Shown here in pieces: positions 10,169 to 21,256 of a DNA stretch of 64,000 nucleotides. Position numbers and translations under genes: made by a program. The stretch lies in contig OY970393.1 in assembly GCA_963720465.1 (NCBI GenBank), forward strand, positions 832,001 to 896,000. Direction: 5' to 3'. Positions within the stretch are counted from its first letter, which is position 1. Every line of letters starts with the position of its first letter. The notes under the pieces are model-generated. The model was not told where the DNA came from and did no database searches. It saw nothing but the letters and a program-made list of their open reading frames with translations. The stretch comes from Methanobacteriota archaeon. GTDB taxonomy: Archaea > Halobacteriota > Bog-38 > Methanoflorentales > Methanoflorentaceae.

Positions 10169-12559
10169 TCAGTCGAGCTTGTATCGTTTGAGGCGCAGTG
10201 AGTTTGCGACTACTGATACCGAACTCATCGCCATAGCCGCTGCTGCCAATTCAGGACGTAGAAACCCCAGCGCCGCTATCGGGATACCGATTGAATTGTA
10301 AACAAGCGCCCAGCCGAAGTTCTGACGAATCGTTGTCATCGTCCTTTTTGAGAGCTTAATGCTCGCTACGACGCCGCGCAAGTCAGCTTGCAGCAGTGTG
10401 ATATCTGATGCTTCAATGGCAACATCGGTACCAGTGCCAATTGCGATGCCGATATCAGCCTCAGCGAGCGCAGCTGCGTCGTTGATGCCGTCACCCACCA
10501 TCGCCACGACATTGCCGCCCTCCATAAAACGTGCAATTTCAGTGGTTTTGCCCTGCGGGAGCACTTCAGCGCGCACGCTTCGGATTCCGATCTGAGTTGC
10601 GATTGCAAGCGCGGCCGTTTGATTGTCGCCTGTCAGCATGCCTGATTGGATTCCCATGTCCTGCAGTTCCATAACGACGCCGGCGGCTTCGCCTCGAACT
10701 CTGTCAGCTAGCGCAATGCCTCCTGCTAGCGTACCGTTGACCGCAAGCAGCATGACGGTCTTCCCTTCCGCCTCTAATTCGCGGACCGTGGCACCTTGTT
10801 TGACTTCTATACCGCGCACATCCATGAGCGCCTTGTTGCCAAGGGTAACCTCGTCGCCATTTACCGACGCTGTAACCCCCTGCCCCCCCACAGCTTCAAA
10901 ATCCTTTGGAGGGCTTGATGCTATGCCCATTTCCGCGGCACGACGTAATACTGCTCGCGCGAGTGGATGTTCGGAGCCCCGCTCAGCGCTGGCAGCGAAC
11001 CGCAGGATATCTGCTTCCGACAATGCCGCGTCGCCAAAGACGTTTGTCACGGTAAGAACGCCTTCGGTAAGCGTGCCGGTCTTATCAAACACGATTGTGT
11101 TAATATCTTCGGCACGCTCAAGGTATTCACCCCCCTTGATCAAAATGCCATTTTCGGCACCGAGACCTGTTCCGACCATCACTGCGGTTGGCGTCGCCAG
11201 CCCCAACGCGCACGGACAGGCGATAACAAGTACAGCGATCGTGCGCAAGAGGACATCGTTGGACGGGAGCCCCAAAGAGGTCCATACCGCGAACGTGAGA
11301 AGAGCTGCTGCTACGACGCCCGGAACAAAATAGCTTGCCGCTCGATCTGCAAACCGCTGTATGGGCGCTTTTGACGTTTGTGCCATATCGACAAGCTGGA
11401 TAATCTGTGCTAGCGCGGTGTCTGCCCCGACATTCGTCGCTCTTATTTTCAGCAGTCCTTCACGATTGATCGTTGCACCGATCACTTCATCCCCCGGCTG
11501 TTTATCGACGGGTACAGCTTCGCCGGTAAGTAAAGACTCATCAACGGCAGACTGCCCCTCAACGACGACACCGTCAACCGGAATCTTGTTACCCGGGCGA
11601 ACGAGAACAGTATCACCGACCCGGACTTCATCAGCCGGGACGGACTGCTCCTCCCCCTCAATAATGACGATGGCAAATTCCGGCTTCAGCTGCAAAAGCG
11701 TTCGGATTGCCTCAGACGTGCTGCCCTTCGCGCGAGCTTCAAGATAGCGGCCGAGGAGCACGAACGCGAATATGAACACAGAGGTGTCGAAATACGTGTA
11801 CCCAGGAATGAAAAAGGTGGTCGCCGTGCTGTACGCATATGCAGCGATCGTCCCTAACGAAATAAGAACATCCATATTCGCCCCTCTGTGCGCGACCGAA
11901 ATAATGGCCCTCCGGTAAAATCCATAACCAACGATAATCATGACGGGAGTCGTGACAAAAAACTGGAACACAGGGTTCATAAAGAACACCGGGATGGAAG
12001 CAACGTACGGAGAGAGCATCCCCAACAGTAGAGGTATGCCGAAGGCTATCGTGAAAATGAAGCGATTTCGATACTGTGCGATTTCGCGTTCTCGAGACGC
12101 CCGTTCCCGGTCAAGCCGTGCCGTTTCCGCTGTTCGTGGGACTTCCGTGACGTCATAGCCTGTGTTTCGTATTGTTTGTATGAGCTTGTCAACCGTCACG
12201 GTCGACGGATCATAGTCGATGACCGCCTTGGCAGTTACCGGGTTCACACTCGCATCGATGACGCCTGGAATTTCTTTCAAGGCTTTCTCTATCGCCGTAA
12301 CGCACGAGACGCAGACAATGCCCGCGACTTCAAGTTCTGCCCGCTCCGTGTCTACGTCGTAGCCTACATCTCGTATAGCCTGCACGAGCTGCTTAGCGGC
12401 AACCATATCAGCATCGTACGTTATCGTAGCTTGTCCCAGTGCAAAGTTGACGTTGGCACTTGCAACCCCGCGTTGATCTAGGAGTTGTTTCTCAATCGTG
12501 AGTGCACACATGGTGCACGTCATGCCAAGTATCCTCAAAGTTACAGTGCTCTCGCGCAT
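10169..12559 (-). CDS. copA: Cu(I)-translocating P1B-type ATPase
   Basis: Two HMA CxxC domains, TGE, CPC, DKTGT, SEHPL, GDGIND, YN and MxxSS. Confidence 0.95.
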   Translation of the reverse strand: MRESTVTLRILGMTCTMCALTIEKQLLDQRGVASANVNFALGQATITYDADMVAAKQLVQAIRDVGYDVDTERAELEVAGIVCVSCVTAIEKALKEIPGVIDASVNPVTAKAVIDYDPSTVTVDKLIQTIRNTGYDVTEVPRTAETARLDRERASREREIAQYRNRFIFTIAFGIPLLLGMLSPYVASIPVFFMNPVFQFFVTTPVMIIVGYGFYRRAIISVAHRGANMDVLISLGTIAAYAYSTATTFFIPGYTYFDTSVFIFAFVLLGRYLEARAKGSTSEAIRTLLQLKPEFAIVIIEGEEQSVPADEVRVGDTVLVRPGNKIPVDGVVVEGQSAVDESLLTGEAVPVDKQPGDEVIGATINREGLLKIRATNVGADTALAQIIQLVDMAQTSKAPIQRFADRAASYFVPGVVAAALLTFAVWTSLGLPSNDVLLRTIAVLVIACPCALGLATPTAVMVGTGLGAENGILIKGGEYLERAEDINTIVFDKTGTLTEGVLTVTNVFGDAALSEADILRFAASAERGSEHPLARAVLRRAAEMGIASSPPKDFEAVGGQGVTASVNGDEVTLGNKALMDVRGIEVKQGATVRELEAEGKTVMLLAVNGTLAGGIALADRVRGEAAGVVMELQDMGIQSGMLTGDNQTAALAIATQIGIRSVRAEVLPQGKTTEIARFMEGGNVVAMVGDGINDAAALAEADIGIAIGTGTDVAIEASDITLLQADLRGVVASIKLSKRTMTTIRQNFGWALVYNSIGIPIAALGFLRPELAAAAMAMSSVSVVANSLRLKRYKLD

Positions 12560-12818
12560 GTTCTGCCAGACGTTTTCTGCCTTACCAATACGATTTGAAG
12601 TCTATTGAAAGTATCTTGCCGGGCGCACGGCCATTTTCGCTCGCATAATTAGAACTCAGCAGCTGCCGTTAACACGCGCCGCGGACAGCAGCGCCGATCA
12701 CTTAGACGCTGCGACAACCCGTCACACGCTCCTTTCGGTGGCTTTGAAGCAGTCTATGGATCTCCGACGCCGCAACTTTTCTCCATAGAACTTTTGTAAA
12801 TCGAGGCAACCAGCTGAA

Positions 12819-13625
12819 TCACGCTTGGGCGAGATTACTGAGGGCGCCAGCCATGATGATGGCATCGCCGAACGCAGCTCCAGACCGAGAAGTGTCAACA
12901 AACGTGTAGGGGATGCCAAAAAAAGGCGCCCCGTGTCCTTTGCCGCCTCCTAGAAACACGAGCGTGCGAAAAATTAGGTTGCCGCTGACCCCGTCTGGCG
13001 CAACGAGTATGTTCGATGATTCTGTCGCGTCTTCAATGAGAATGTTGTAATTCGTTGCGTCAATGCCGGCGCCGCAGAGCTGCTCAGTTAACGCCTCTGC
13101 GCTTGCAAGTGTCCGATCAACGGCCTCCGTCCTGCCTTTATCCTCAGATCTTCCGCCTGACAAAACACCTACTTTCGGACGCACGTTGAGCTCGGTTAGG
13201 AGCTGTGCTGTCTCCGTGACGAGATGCGCTCGTGCGATGGTTGATGTGCCTTCATCGATACCTACCGGAAGCAAAAAGAATTGCTTACCAGCTGTGGTCG
13301 AGAGCAGCGCCGACCGACATATATCGCGGGCTCCAGTCTGCAGTTTGAGGTATTGCAGCGTCTTTCGTGCACTTGTCGTACCCCTTACAGCTGCGTCAAT
13401 CGCACCATCGACAAGCATTTCGACGAGTTTTCGCTCTGGTTCAGACGTTTTTACGACGTCTCGCCCCGCATTTTCAACATTCCCGACGAGCACAACATCA
13501 GAGAAGCGGACGGCCCTCGTGACTCCGCGCATCAGCCTCGAATTTGCATCTCCGACTCCGATGCCAACTCGGCTCCGCGATTGCGCAGCACAGCGCTCAA
13601 GCTTCCTCAAGATATCGTGCGCCAT
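12819..13625 (-). CDS. mtxX: MtxX / methanogenesis marker protein 4
   Basis: DAAVRGT, PVGIDEG, SGGR.ED.GR, APDGVSGNLIFRTL, FVDTSR. Confidence 0.85.
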   Translation of the reverse strand: MAHDILRKLERCAAQSRSRVGIGVGDANSRLMRGVTRAVRFSDVVLVGNVENAGRDVVKTSEPERKLVEMLVDGAIDAAVRGTTSARKTLQYLKLQTGARDICRSALLSTTAGKQFFLLPVGIDEGTSTIARAHLVTETAQLLTELNVRPKVGVLSGGRSEDKGRTEAVDRTLASAEALTEQLCGAGIDATNYNILIEDATESSNILVAPDGVSGNLIFRTLVFLGGGKGHGAPFFGIPYTFVDTSRSGAAFGDAIIMAGALSNLAQA

Positions 13626-13786
13626 CGTTACACCCTAACAATAGCTTCTTTGTATTGCATGAGCGCCGATAGGCTGATAAATCCTTTTCTATCGCTCCGC
13701 TACGAAGGCCGTCGCAGCGAAAAGCGGACAATACGTATATAAGGCAAGGCCGCAAATCTTGGCTAAAACAGGCAAAAGGTGACGGG

Positions 13787-14236
13787 ATGCGCATCGATGA
13801 CATAAATAAGAAGATTTTGTACTTGCTCCAAAAAGACGCTCGCATGACGTATAAGGACATTGCAAGAGCTCTCAACCGATCAGAATCTACGATACGTGAT
13901 CGTATCTCCATCATGGAAGACGAGGGCGTGATCAAGGGTTACTCCGCTGTGATAAACAAGGAGAAAGTTGGACTCAACTGCAATGCCCGCACGTTTGCAA
14001 AAATCGATCCGAAAAATCTGGACGCCTGTATTAAGGAGCTTCAAAAGGTAGAATCGGTGTATCAAATCAACCAGATTTCAGGCGACCACAACCTAGAATT
14101 CTCAATCGCCGCAACGGATTACGACCACTTGCGGAGCATATTGAAAGAACAGATATCACAGTTAGGGATCAACGACCTAACGATCAATATCATTATGAAT
14201 TCGGTCAAAGAAGAGGGGCCAATACAAATCCCGTAA
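13787..14236 (+). CDS. Lrp/AsnC transcriptional regulator
   Basis: DDINKKILYLLQKDARM...ESTIRDRI...GVIKGY HTH plus RAM domain; TATATAA upstream (~13736). Confidence 0.93.
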   Translation: MRIDDINKKILYLLQKDARMTYKDIARALNRSESTIRDRISIMEDEGVIKGYSAVINKEKVGLNCNARTFAKIDPKNLDACIKELQKVESVYQINQISGDHNLEFSIAATDYDHLRSILKEQISQLGINDLTINIIMNSVKEEGPIQIP

Positions 14237-14293
14237 GCTACGGAGCCTTCAAAAAGCTTCCCACCAACTTTTTTGACGGCGCCGACGAACGCT

Positions 14294-16042
14294 TCAGGAG
14301 GACGTCCTATCAAATCCGTGCACAAGCATCCCACGCAAGACGTCCGCTAGGGATTCAATGGAGCTCCGCACCTGTTTTGTCGTGTCTCTGTCCCTGATGG
14401 TCACCGTAGAATTTTCGGTAGTTTCGTGATCGATAGTAACTGCGAACGGTGTTCCGATCTCGTCTTGTCTTCGATACCGTCGCCCAATCGTGCCTGAGTC
14501 GTCGTACTCGACCAAAAGACCCGCACGTCGAAGGAGGCGAAAGACCTCAAAAGCTTTTTCGTTCAGCGCTTTCACCAAGGGAAATACCGCTACTTCGATA
14601 GGAGCTATATCAGGCGATAACCGCAGCACGATTCGCCTTTCGCCGTCGATTGTGTCTTCATCGTAAGCGTGTTCAAGAATAGTGTAGATCGATCTGTCGA
14701 TGCCAAACGATGGTTCGATAACATGTGGGGTCACGAAGTCCCCTGAGATGGACTGTCTAACAGTTTCGATCGCGTAGCCCTCGGGGTCTACGACGTCCCC
14801 GTCGAAAACGATAGGGCCTTCAGTATCATGGATCGTTGAGAGAAAAGCGGCTACCTGTTTTGCTTTGCCCTTATATTTTGGACCCAAATATCCCATGTTT
14901 GGACGAACGACGATCCGCTCCACTTCTTTAGGTTCTTCATAAGGCACCAAAACTGCCATTTGGAGGCCACTTTGCCGCTCATGTTGTTTCAGATCGTAGT
15001 CCGTTCGGTCTGCGATTCCTGCAAGCTCAATCCAGCCGTGTTGCGTAAGTCCCTCCGCATCCCAGCAGTCAACCGCATAATGTGCCATCTCATCGGGCAA
15101 GTGCTGTCTGAACCTCAGTCGCGATTCCCGCACGCCCACGCGGGTAAAAAACTCCTGGCAGCGGGCGATGTGGTAGGCCAAATACTCGTGCGCGATGATG
15201 TTTCGTTCGCACGCAGCTTTGACTGAAGCCGTGCCTGCGAAATCCTTTGACAGAATATTGATTTCCACGTCAGCTACTTCATCGAACCGAGGATGGTGGT
15301 TCTTTTCGCGTGGATCCACAAACACTTCGACTTCGGCTTGGGTAAATTCTCGTAATCTGATTACGCCTTGACGTGGCGATATTTCGTTTCTGTATGACTT
15401 TCCAATCTGCGCGACGCCAAAAGGCAATCGGTCTCTGTAAAATCTCAGAAGCCTCGGAAAGTCAGCAAAAATCCCTTGTGCTGTTTCAGGTCGAAGGTAC
15501 CCATTTCGCTGGGTCCCCGGCCCTATATGAGTCGTAAACATCAAATTGAAATCGTGCACTTTCCCCAAAGGCCCTCCGCAATCCGGGCACATAATGCCGT
15601 AAGAGTCTATCAGTTCCTGGGTCTTTTCGCTCGATGGCACGCACGCATCGGCAATGTCGGGATCGCAGAGATCGGCAGCGATTCCCCTGCTTTTGAGATA
15701 CTCTGTAACGACGTGATCTGCTCTCAAAGCCGTCTGACAGTTCACACATTCAACGATGAGATCCACGAAGTTTGATAAGTGCCCGGAGGCGAGGAAAACC
15801 TCTTCGACCCCGATAGTGGGCGTTTCAATCGGGAGGGCGCTCTCGCCCACGACAAAGATGTCTCGCCACGCGCTTTCGACTCTGTGTTTTAGCATCGCAC
15901 CAAAAGGGCCGTAATCCCACAGTCCTGCAACCCCTCCATAGATCTCATACGAGGGCCAGAGAAATCCGCGTCTCTTTGCCAACTCCAAGACGCGGCCCTT
16001 TAAGCCATCGATGGAAAGGTCCTGACGTTTGTCAAGCTGCAT
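14294..16042 (-). CDS. glyS: glycine--tRNA ligase (alpha2 type)
   Basis: YGGVAGLWDYGP, LRPETAQGIF, RNEISPRQG, IEPSFGIDR, anticodon-binding domain; start ATG 16042 or GTG 16084. Confidence 0.96.
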   Translation of the reverse strand: MQLDKRQDLSIDGLKGRVLELAKRRGFLWPSYEIYGGVAGLWDYGPFGAMLKHRVESAWRDIFVVGESALPIETPTIGVEEVFLASGHLSNFVDLIVECVNCQTALRADHVVTEYLKSRGIAADLCDPDIADACVPSSEKTQELIDSYGIMCPDCGGPLGKVHDFNLMFTTHIGPGTQRNGYLRPETAQGIFADFPRLLRFYRDRLPFGVAQIGKSYRNEISPRQGVIRLREFTQAEVEVFVDPREKNHHPRFDEVADVEINILSKDFAGTASVKAACERNIIAHEYLAYHIARCQEFFTRVGVRESRLRFRQHLPDEMAHYAVDCWDAEGLTQHGWIELAGIADRTDYDLKQHERQSGLQMAVLVPYEEPKEVERIVVRPNMGYLGPKYKGKAKQVAAFLSTIHDTEGPIVFDGDVVDPEGYAIETVRQSISGDFVTPHVIEPSFGIDRSIYTILEHAYDEDTIDGERRIVLRLSPDIAPIEVAVFPLVKALNEKAFEVFRLLRRAGLLVEYDDSGTIGRRYRRQDEIGTPFAVTIDHETTENSTVTIRDRDTTKQVRSSIESLADVLRGMLVHGFDRTSS

Positions 16043-16146
16043 GGCGAATCCTTCTTTGTCTCCATTTGCTTCGCTGGAAACCACGCGCTTTGAGAATCCT
16101 CACTTCGTAATGCTCGCCTTGCCGCCGCGACTGGTGCAGGCTCAGC

Positions 16147-16558
16147 CTACTCGTGGCGCGCATCGCTGGCGAGAAAATCGATTCCACGGATAAGCTGAAT
16201 GATTCGGAGCCCGCGCTCTATGCATTCGAGTTGCATGTGGATTCGCGTTAAGTCCGTTTCCGCTCTCATCTCGATCGCCAAGTTTGATATTACTTCGGTT
16301 ATCACGTCGTCCAAAGGCACACGTTGACGCGTGCTCTCTGATTGCGTCGATTGAACCGCTTTTGTTGAAACCTCCGCGGGGCTTTTTGATGTCTGAATAG
16401 CGTCTTGCATCGCTCTGTACCGTACAAACAGGACACGTCGTCTTGCCTTCAAACTTGAATAGTGGGGACTTACAGACGACGCAGTGATCGGCAAGCATCT
16501 TGCCACCGCGTTCGAGCATCTTTGATATTTGCTCCAGCTCTCGATCATCTAAGGGCAT
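16147..16558 (-). pseudogene. UPF0148 / autoantigen-p27 zinc-ribbon protein interrupted by a +1 frameshift
   Basis: N-half (ML.RGGKMLADHC..C..PLF....CPVC) in the 16558 frame; helical C-half (VISNLAIEMRAETDL..LECIERGL) in the 16548 frame; pseudogene or assembly indel. Confidence 0.7.
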
Positions 16559-16665
16559 ACGAGTTCTACATAGCGATTATCGTTGAAAAGCTTTGTGAAG
16601 GGCGCCAAACGACTGCCGCGCTCCGCGCGAGCCTCGTACCTGACAGCGCTCACGCTCGCCTATAT

Positions 16666-17412
16666 TCACGTCATAGCAGCGCGACTGAAAACATCAAGGA
16701 GTGCCAGAACGTGGTTGTTTCCTGGATTTAACTTCTCGGCAAGCTTGAGGTCGAAAAGACCCTCGTTGATTTCACCAAGCGCCAGAAAACAGAGACTGCG
16801 CAAAGCGTAGACTGACCAGTTTATACCATGGGCGGAAATACAACGATCAGTAGACGTCAAAGCTGCCGTAACGTCGCCCAGTGCGATCAACGAGATGGCC
16901 TTGTTGTTTGAGATCTCAAACAAGCCGGCTTGAATCGATTCTGCTGCATCAAAGCACTCGATCGCGACGTCGAACTTATCCAGCCTCTGCAACGTGCAGC
17001 CTTTATTGTTGTGCGACTCGACGTTTCGTGAATCGAGTGCGCTAGCTTTGTCAAAACATTCGATGGCCCTTGCATAGCTCCCTAGGAAATAGTTACACAG
17101 TCCCTTCTGATTCCACGCGTGCACGTACGATGGCTCAAGCCTGATGACCTCATCAAATCGCGCAAGACTTTCGAGATATTTGCCCGACAGCGCCAATGCA
17201 TAAGCCTCGCGGTAGACCCAACCGACTCGCCTATCTGACAGTTTCTTGCTTGCGTAGACGTGGGGTGCGGGCCGATGCTTCCTTACAGTAGCGACACTAG
17301 ATACAAGAAAGCACGTGTCACGGGCAATGATTCTGAAATCGATACAGAAGTGCCGTTTAAGATTTCCGATGCCTTGAAAGTCCTCTCGAGGCGGCGTTTG
17401 CATATGGTTCAC
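16666..17412 (-). CDS. tetratricopeptide repeat protein
   Basis: AWNQKG..YARAIECFDKA, HNNKG..AIECFD TPR units; true start probably downstream of 17412. Confidence 0.75.
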   Translation of the reverse strand: MNHMQTPPREDFQGIGNLKRHFCIDFRIIARDTCFLVSSVATVRKHRPAPHVYASKKLSDRRVGWVYREAYALALSGKYLESLARFDEVIRLEPSYVHAWNQKGLCNYFLGSYARAIECFDKASALDSRNVESHNNKGCTLQRLDKFDVAIECFDAAESIQAGLFEISNNKAISLIALGDVTAALTSTDRCISAHGINWSVYALRSLCFLALGEINEGLFDLKLAEKLNPGNNHVLALLDVFSRAAMT

Positions 17413-17493
17413 GCGCGAGCTGCGATTAGCTATTGCTTTTCGCTTTCTTATGAAGTCCCAAACGACTTTAAAGCCACAAATAGAGACGTCTGG

Positions 17494-17658
17494 TCACGTT
17501 CCGTTCGAAAATACGTCGCCAAAGTCTGAACTCCAATAATCGATGCCCATTTTCTTAAAGTCCTTTTCCGTCATCTTGTGAAGAGGCACGATCAGAGCGG
17601 CATTCATGACATTGCAACCGTTGCACCCGTCGGTACTGGCCTTTCTTGAGCGTGCCAT
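17494..17658 (-). CDS. small CxxC protein (54 aa), not in ORF track
   Basis: MARSRKASTDGCNGCNVMNAALIVPLHKMTEKDFKKMGIDYWSSDFGDVFSNGT*; GAGGT RBS; starts 13 bp after the upstream gene's stop. Confidence 0.6.
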   Translation of the reverse strand: MARSRKASTDGCNGCNVMNAALIVPLHKMTEKDFKKMGIDYWSSDFGDVFSNGT

Positions 17659-17671
17659 ATGTTACCTCTGA

Positions 17672-18091
17672 TCAACTAACCACATGCGGGCGATCTCCTA
17701 TCATGAATATGAGCCAATTTTTCGGATCTTTCAAACGAATGAGCTCGTAGACGCCCTCAAGCTTCTTGCCGAGCAGGACGACCTTGATCTTTTCTTCGTT
17801 CTTTTCAAGCAAATAATAATCCCCGGCATCGTATATGCGGACTATCCCGGCGCCATAGTCACCTTCCGCGATCTCTCCCTCGAACCCTATGTAGTTCAAA
17901 TCGTGATCCTCAACCTGCACCGCGAGACGCCTGACTTTCTTCTCGCGAGGAACTTCCTTGGGAATCGCCCAGCTCTTCAATGTTCCATCCATCTCCAAGC
18001 GGAAGTCGTAATGATGGTGCGACGAAAAATGCTCCTGGACGACAAAACGATTGCGCGGATACCGTATCATACGCATAAGGGCAATGTGCAC
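17672..18091 (-). CDS. stand-alone LigD 3'-phosphoesterase (PE) domain protein
   Basis: FVVQEH...HYDFRLE.DGTLKSWAIPK, RLAVQVEDH..YIGFEG.I.EGDYGAG. Confidence 0.92.
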   Translation of the reverse strand: MHIALMRMIRYPRNRFVVQEHFSSHHHYDFRLEMDGTLKSWAIPKEVPREKKVRRLAVQVEDHDLNYIGFEGEIAEGDYGAGIVRIYDAGDYYLLEKNEEKIKVVLLGKKLEGVYELIRLKDPKNWLIFMIGDRPHVVS

Positions 18092-18328
18092 TAAACACGT
18101 TGCTGTAAAGAGTCTATTAGTGCAGTAGGCAATAAATGTTGCCTGGCAGCTGCTTCCAACTTTGTGCGCCTCTATAACGCCCCAATAAGCCTCAACACGC
18201 TCGATGTTCTATACCGTTTGCTGAGAGGCCGCGTCGACAGAATGAGCGATTTTACGGCCTTTTGTGAAACAGAAAGCTATAATAACGGACGACGCTAAGG
18301 ACTGCTAAAGAATGTTGGAAGGTTTCAA

Positions 18329-19237
18329 ATGAAGGTAAACGGCGTAAAGATTGACGATACCTACGCAGAGGCATTCCCAGTATATGCCGCGCGTGTTTTA
18401 ATCACAGGCGCAACGACCGCGCTTGCCGAAACTGCCGCAACGGTTGCAACCGGATTTGCCACTTCAGTCATCGGCTGCAGCGCCGAAGCGGGAATTGATC
18501 GCTATGTGCTGCCGGGTGAGACTCCCGATGGCAGACCAGGGGTTATATTTATGGTTGTTCACCCATCGAAGAAACAGATAAAGAGCAACCTTATTGAAAG
18601 GATAGGAGAATGCGTTCTCACCGCAGCAACGACTGCCGTTTTCAACGCGCTGGAATCTGAGGAAACCGTGCCCGTCAAACTCCATTTCTTTGGCGACGGC
18701 TACGAGTATCAGACCACGGTCGGCGGACGAGACGTGTGGGCAATCCCCATACTCGAAGGAGAGTTCATCTGTGAGGAGACTTATGGCGTGCAAAAAGGGG
18801 TCGCAGGGGGCAATTTCTTCATTTACGGCGAAACGCAAGGTTCAGCCCTACTGGCTGCCCAAGCAGCTGTTGGGGCAATTAAATCAGTTGATGGAACCAT
18901 AACCCCATTTCCGGGTGGAATTGTTGCGTCAGGGTCCAAGGTGGGTTGTCCAACGTATTCCACGTTTATGAAAGCTTCTACGCACCACCGACTTGCCCCG
19001 ACCCTCAAAGATAAGATACCAGATTCGTTCGTCCCAGACGGCGTAAAGTCGATTTACGAAATAGTAATATGCGGCCTAAGCGAAGAGGTCATCGCAGAAG
19101 CGATGAAGCGGGGGATGCTTGCCGCGGCGCACGCAAAAGGAATAGTGGAGATCTCAGCAGGCAACTATGGTGGGGAGCTTGGACCGTTCAAGTTCAACCT
19201 TCATGAAATACTGAGCGATTACGCAGATTCAAAATAA
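18329..19237 (+). CDS. ftr: formylmethanofuran--tetrahydromethanopterin formyltransferase
   Basis: IDDTYAEAF, ETPDGRPG, FFGDGYE, GVAGGNF, FPGGIVASGSKVG, ISAGNYGG. Confidence 0.97.
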   Translation: MKVNGVKIDDTYAEAFPVYAARVLITGATTALAETAATVATGFATSVIGCSAEAGIDRYVLPGETPDGRPGVIFMVVHPSKKQIKSNLIERIGECVLTAATTAVFNALESEETVPVKLHFFGDGYEYQTTVGGRDVWAIPILEGEFICEETYGVQKGVAGGNFFIYGETQGSALLAAQAAVGAIKSVDGTITPFPGGIVASGSKVGCPTYSTFMKASTHHRLAPTLKDKIPDSFVPDGVKSIYEIVICGLSEEVIAEAMKRGMLAAAHAKGIVEISAGNYGGELGPFKFNLHEILSDYADSK

Positions 19238-19385
19238 TCGCTGCGAGCTCCGTTTGTCAATACCGGCTTGGAAGAGCCTCAGTCTTGGCGGCAACCAAAA
19301 GAGATAAGTATAGTCTCCCTTAACTTACGAAAGATAATGGTTCATGGGAACCACAGATTAGTTCTAAGGTGACAGGTGAAGGAAA

Positions 19386-20207
19386 ATGGTGAAATTAGGA
19401 ATCGCGAAAATAGGTAATATCGTTAGCGGTTTGATGACTGATTTGCTGCTCGACGAGCGCGCAGACCGCGAGGACTTCGAAGCAGTGACCGTAACGAGCG
19501 GCACGAAGATGAAAGAGGAAGATGCAGAGAAGGTCGTCGAAGCGCTGCTGAAATTTGAGCCAGACTTGTGCGTCGTGGTGTCTCCTAATGCGGCTCAGCC
19601 AGGCCCGACAAAGGCACGAACATTGCTGAAAAATGCCGGGAAGAAAGTTGTTGTCATCACAGACTCAGGCAAGCTTAAAGACAAGCTTGAAGAAGAGGGG
19701 GGGTTCGGATACATTCTTATAAACGCCGACGCGATGATTGGTGCTCGGAGAGAATGGCTTGACCCCATAGAGATGGCCATTTACAATGCCGACCTGATGA
19801 AGGTTCTGGCCGCGACCGGTACTTTTAGGGTGCTCCAAACTGCGCTCGACACGTGCCTTACAGCTATCAAAGAAGGCAAAGAATGCGAGCTACCCAAGAT
19901 TGTGATGACGGCGGAAAAAGCGACGATCAATGAGTTCAGTAACCCGTACGCCCGCGCGAAGGCGATAGCGGCGTACGAAATGGCCGCTAAAGTTGCCGAT
20001 GTCAACGTTAAAGCCTGCTTCATGACGAAAGAGTGGGAAAAGTACGTCCCGCTTACGGCTGCATCTCACGACATGATGCGCACTGCCGCTAAGCTCGTCG
20101 ACGAAGCTCGTGAAATGGAAAAGGCTGACGACACCGTAAAGAGAGCACCTCACTCGAAAGACGGTGCTATTCTTAGCAAGACCAAGCTGATATCAAAGCC
20201 TGAGTAA
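19386..20207 (+). CDS. mtd: F420-dependent methylene-H4MPT dehydrogenase
   Basis: AKIGNI, LLDERADRED, SPN..PGP, MIGARREWLDP.EMA, NPYARAKA; AGGTGA RBS. Confidence 0.97.
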   Translation: MVKLGIAKIGNIVSGLMTDLLLDERADREDFEAVTVTSGTKMKEEDAEKVVEALLKFEPDLCVVVSPNAAQPGPTKARTLLKNAGKKVVVITDSGKLKDKLEEEGGFGYILINADAMIGARREWLDPIEMAIYNADLMKVLAATGTFRVLQTALDTCLTAIKEGKECELPKIVMTAEKATINEFSNPYARAKAIAAYEMAAKVADVNVKACFMTKEWEKYVPLTAASHDMMRTAAKLVDEAREMEKADDTVKRAPHSKDGAILSKTKLISKPE

Positions 20208-20210
20208 TAG

Positions 20211-20240
20211 CCTTTTCTATTACTCACTTTTTTCTTTTTT
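20211..20240 (+). terminator. oligo-T archaeal terminator after mtd
   Basis: ccttttctattactcactttttttctttttt directly after the stop. Confidence 0.6.
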
Positions 20241-20312
20241 GACCGCGCCGGAGAGGCTATCTTCGCTTTTTTGGCGATCTAGTTTTGATCGGAAGCGTTG
20301 CTAGATAGCGCG

Positions 20313-21089
20313 CTAGTCGAGTATGAACGGGCTCACGTAGAGTCCGTCGATCCGTATCAGACGTTTTAAAGAATCAGCTTTAAACGGGATTATCCAGGCG
20401 TGTTCCGCGCTGTCCCAGTGAGACCCGGGCACTTGCTTTAGCTTGTCCTCGATCTCGTGCGTATCCCCGAATACCTTGACCCACTTCTTATTGCGCGTTC
20501 CCACGGCCCACGTATTTTGCGAAGACGTGCACAAACAGTGCACGGTCGGGTGCAATACGACGCCTCCGTTCTTCAGGCTCTCAATCGATGCTCGATTGAT
20601 CGGAAATCGCCATACCCTTTCTTCTTTGTCCCAGAACCCGCCTTCTGCAGCGCTTGGCCTATTACGTGCGCTTAGAGTGCTTCCGCGCACAATCAACGTG
20701 GTGCAGTCTTCATCCAGTTCGCACAGAAGTCTACCCTCTACGTGGTGTTCTCGCAGCGGCTTCTGCATCGAGTTTCTTTTTGCATCCTGATGCTGCGAGC
20801 CGTTGTTTCGGTCAATCTTCTGGATTTGATCTTCTTGAGAGGTGTCAAGAGTTTTTAGGGCGATCCTCGCGTGCAGCCTGACGTCTTCGTGCGCGCTCTG
20901 CATTGCCGCGTGAGCCAAGATGTCGCGCGCCGCCGAATCCGCGTTGCCAGAGGCGAGCGCAACCGCTTCGAGCGCATCGACGGCTTTAAATCGCTGGTGC
21001 TCATTTTCATCATCGAGTGCCTTTGAAAGCACGTCCACTCTCTTGTAACGGGTCAGCCGGTCGAAGTCATATTCACCCATTTCTGTCAC
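20313..21089 (-). CDS. HEAT-repeat N-terminus + two HARP-like domains
   Basis: ALDDENEHQRFKAVDAL / HEDVRLHARIAL (HEAT); GGFWDKEERVWRFP and LKQVPGSHWDSAEHAWIIP (G.xWd...k.W.xP). Confidence 0.7.
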   Translation of the reverse strand: MTEMGEYDFDRLTRYKRVDVLSKALDDENEHQRFKAVDALEAVALASGNADSAARDILAHAAMQSAHEDVRLHARIALKTLDTSQEDQIQKIDRNNGSQHQDAKRNSMQKPLREHHVEGRLLCELDEDCTTLIVRGSTLSARNRPSAAEGGFWDKEERVWRFPINRASIESLKNGGVVLHPTVHCLCTSSQNTWAVGTRNKKWVKVFGDTHEIEDKLKQVPGSHWDSAEHAWIIPFKADSLKRLIRIDGLYVSPFILD

Positions 21090-21256
21090 CAGCGATTCGT
21101 CTCTTATCTTAATATGTACGGGAGCAAAATATAAATATCTACCTAAACTATGAGCGGGACACGCTCACAGGCCTTCCTAACAGCCTAGGACGCGATATTG
21201 AAAATCGTCGCCGCCAACGCAGTCGTATTGTCGCACATTTCAAGCAAAAAAAGCAC

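Noticed and set aside
10359-12481. Several long plus-strand ORFs over copA (and similar antisense ORFs over hef, glyS, eif2g, apgM)
   Set aside because: Antisense shadows of well-supported genes with no recognisable motifs
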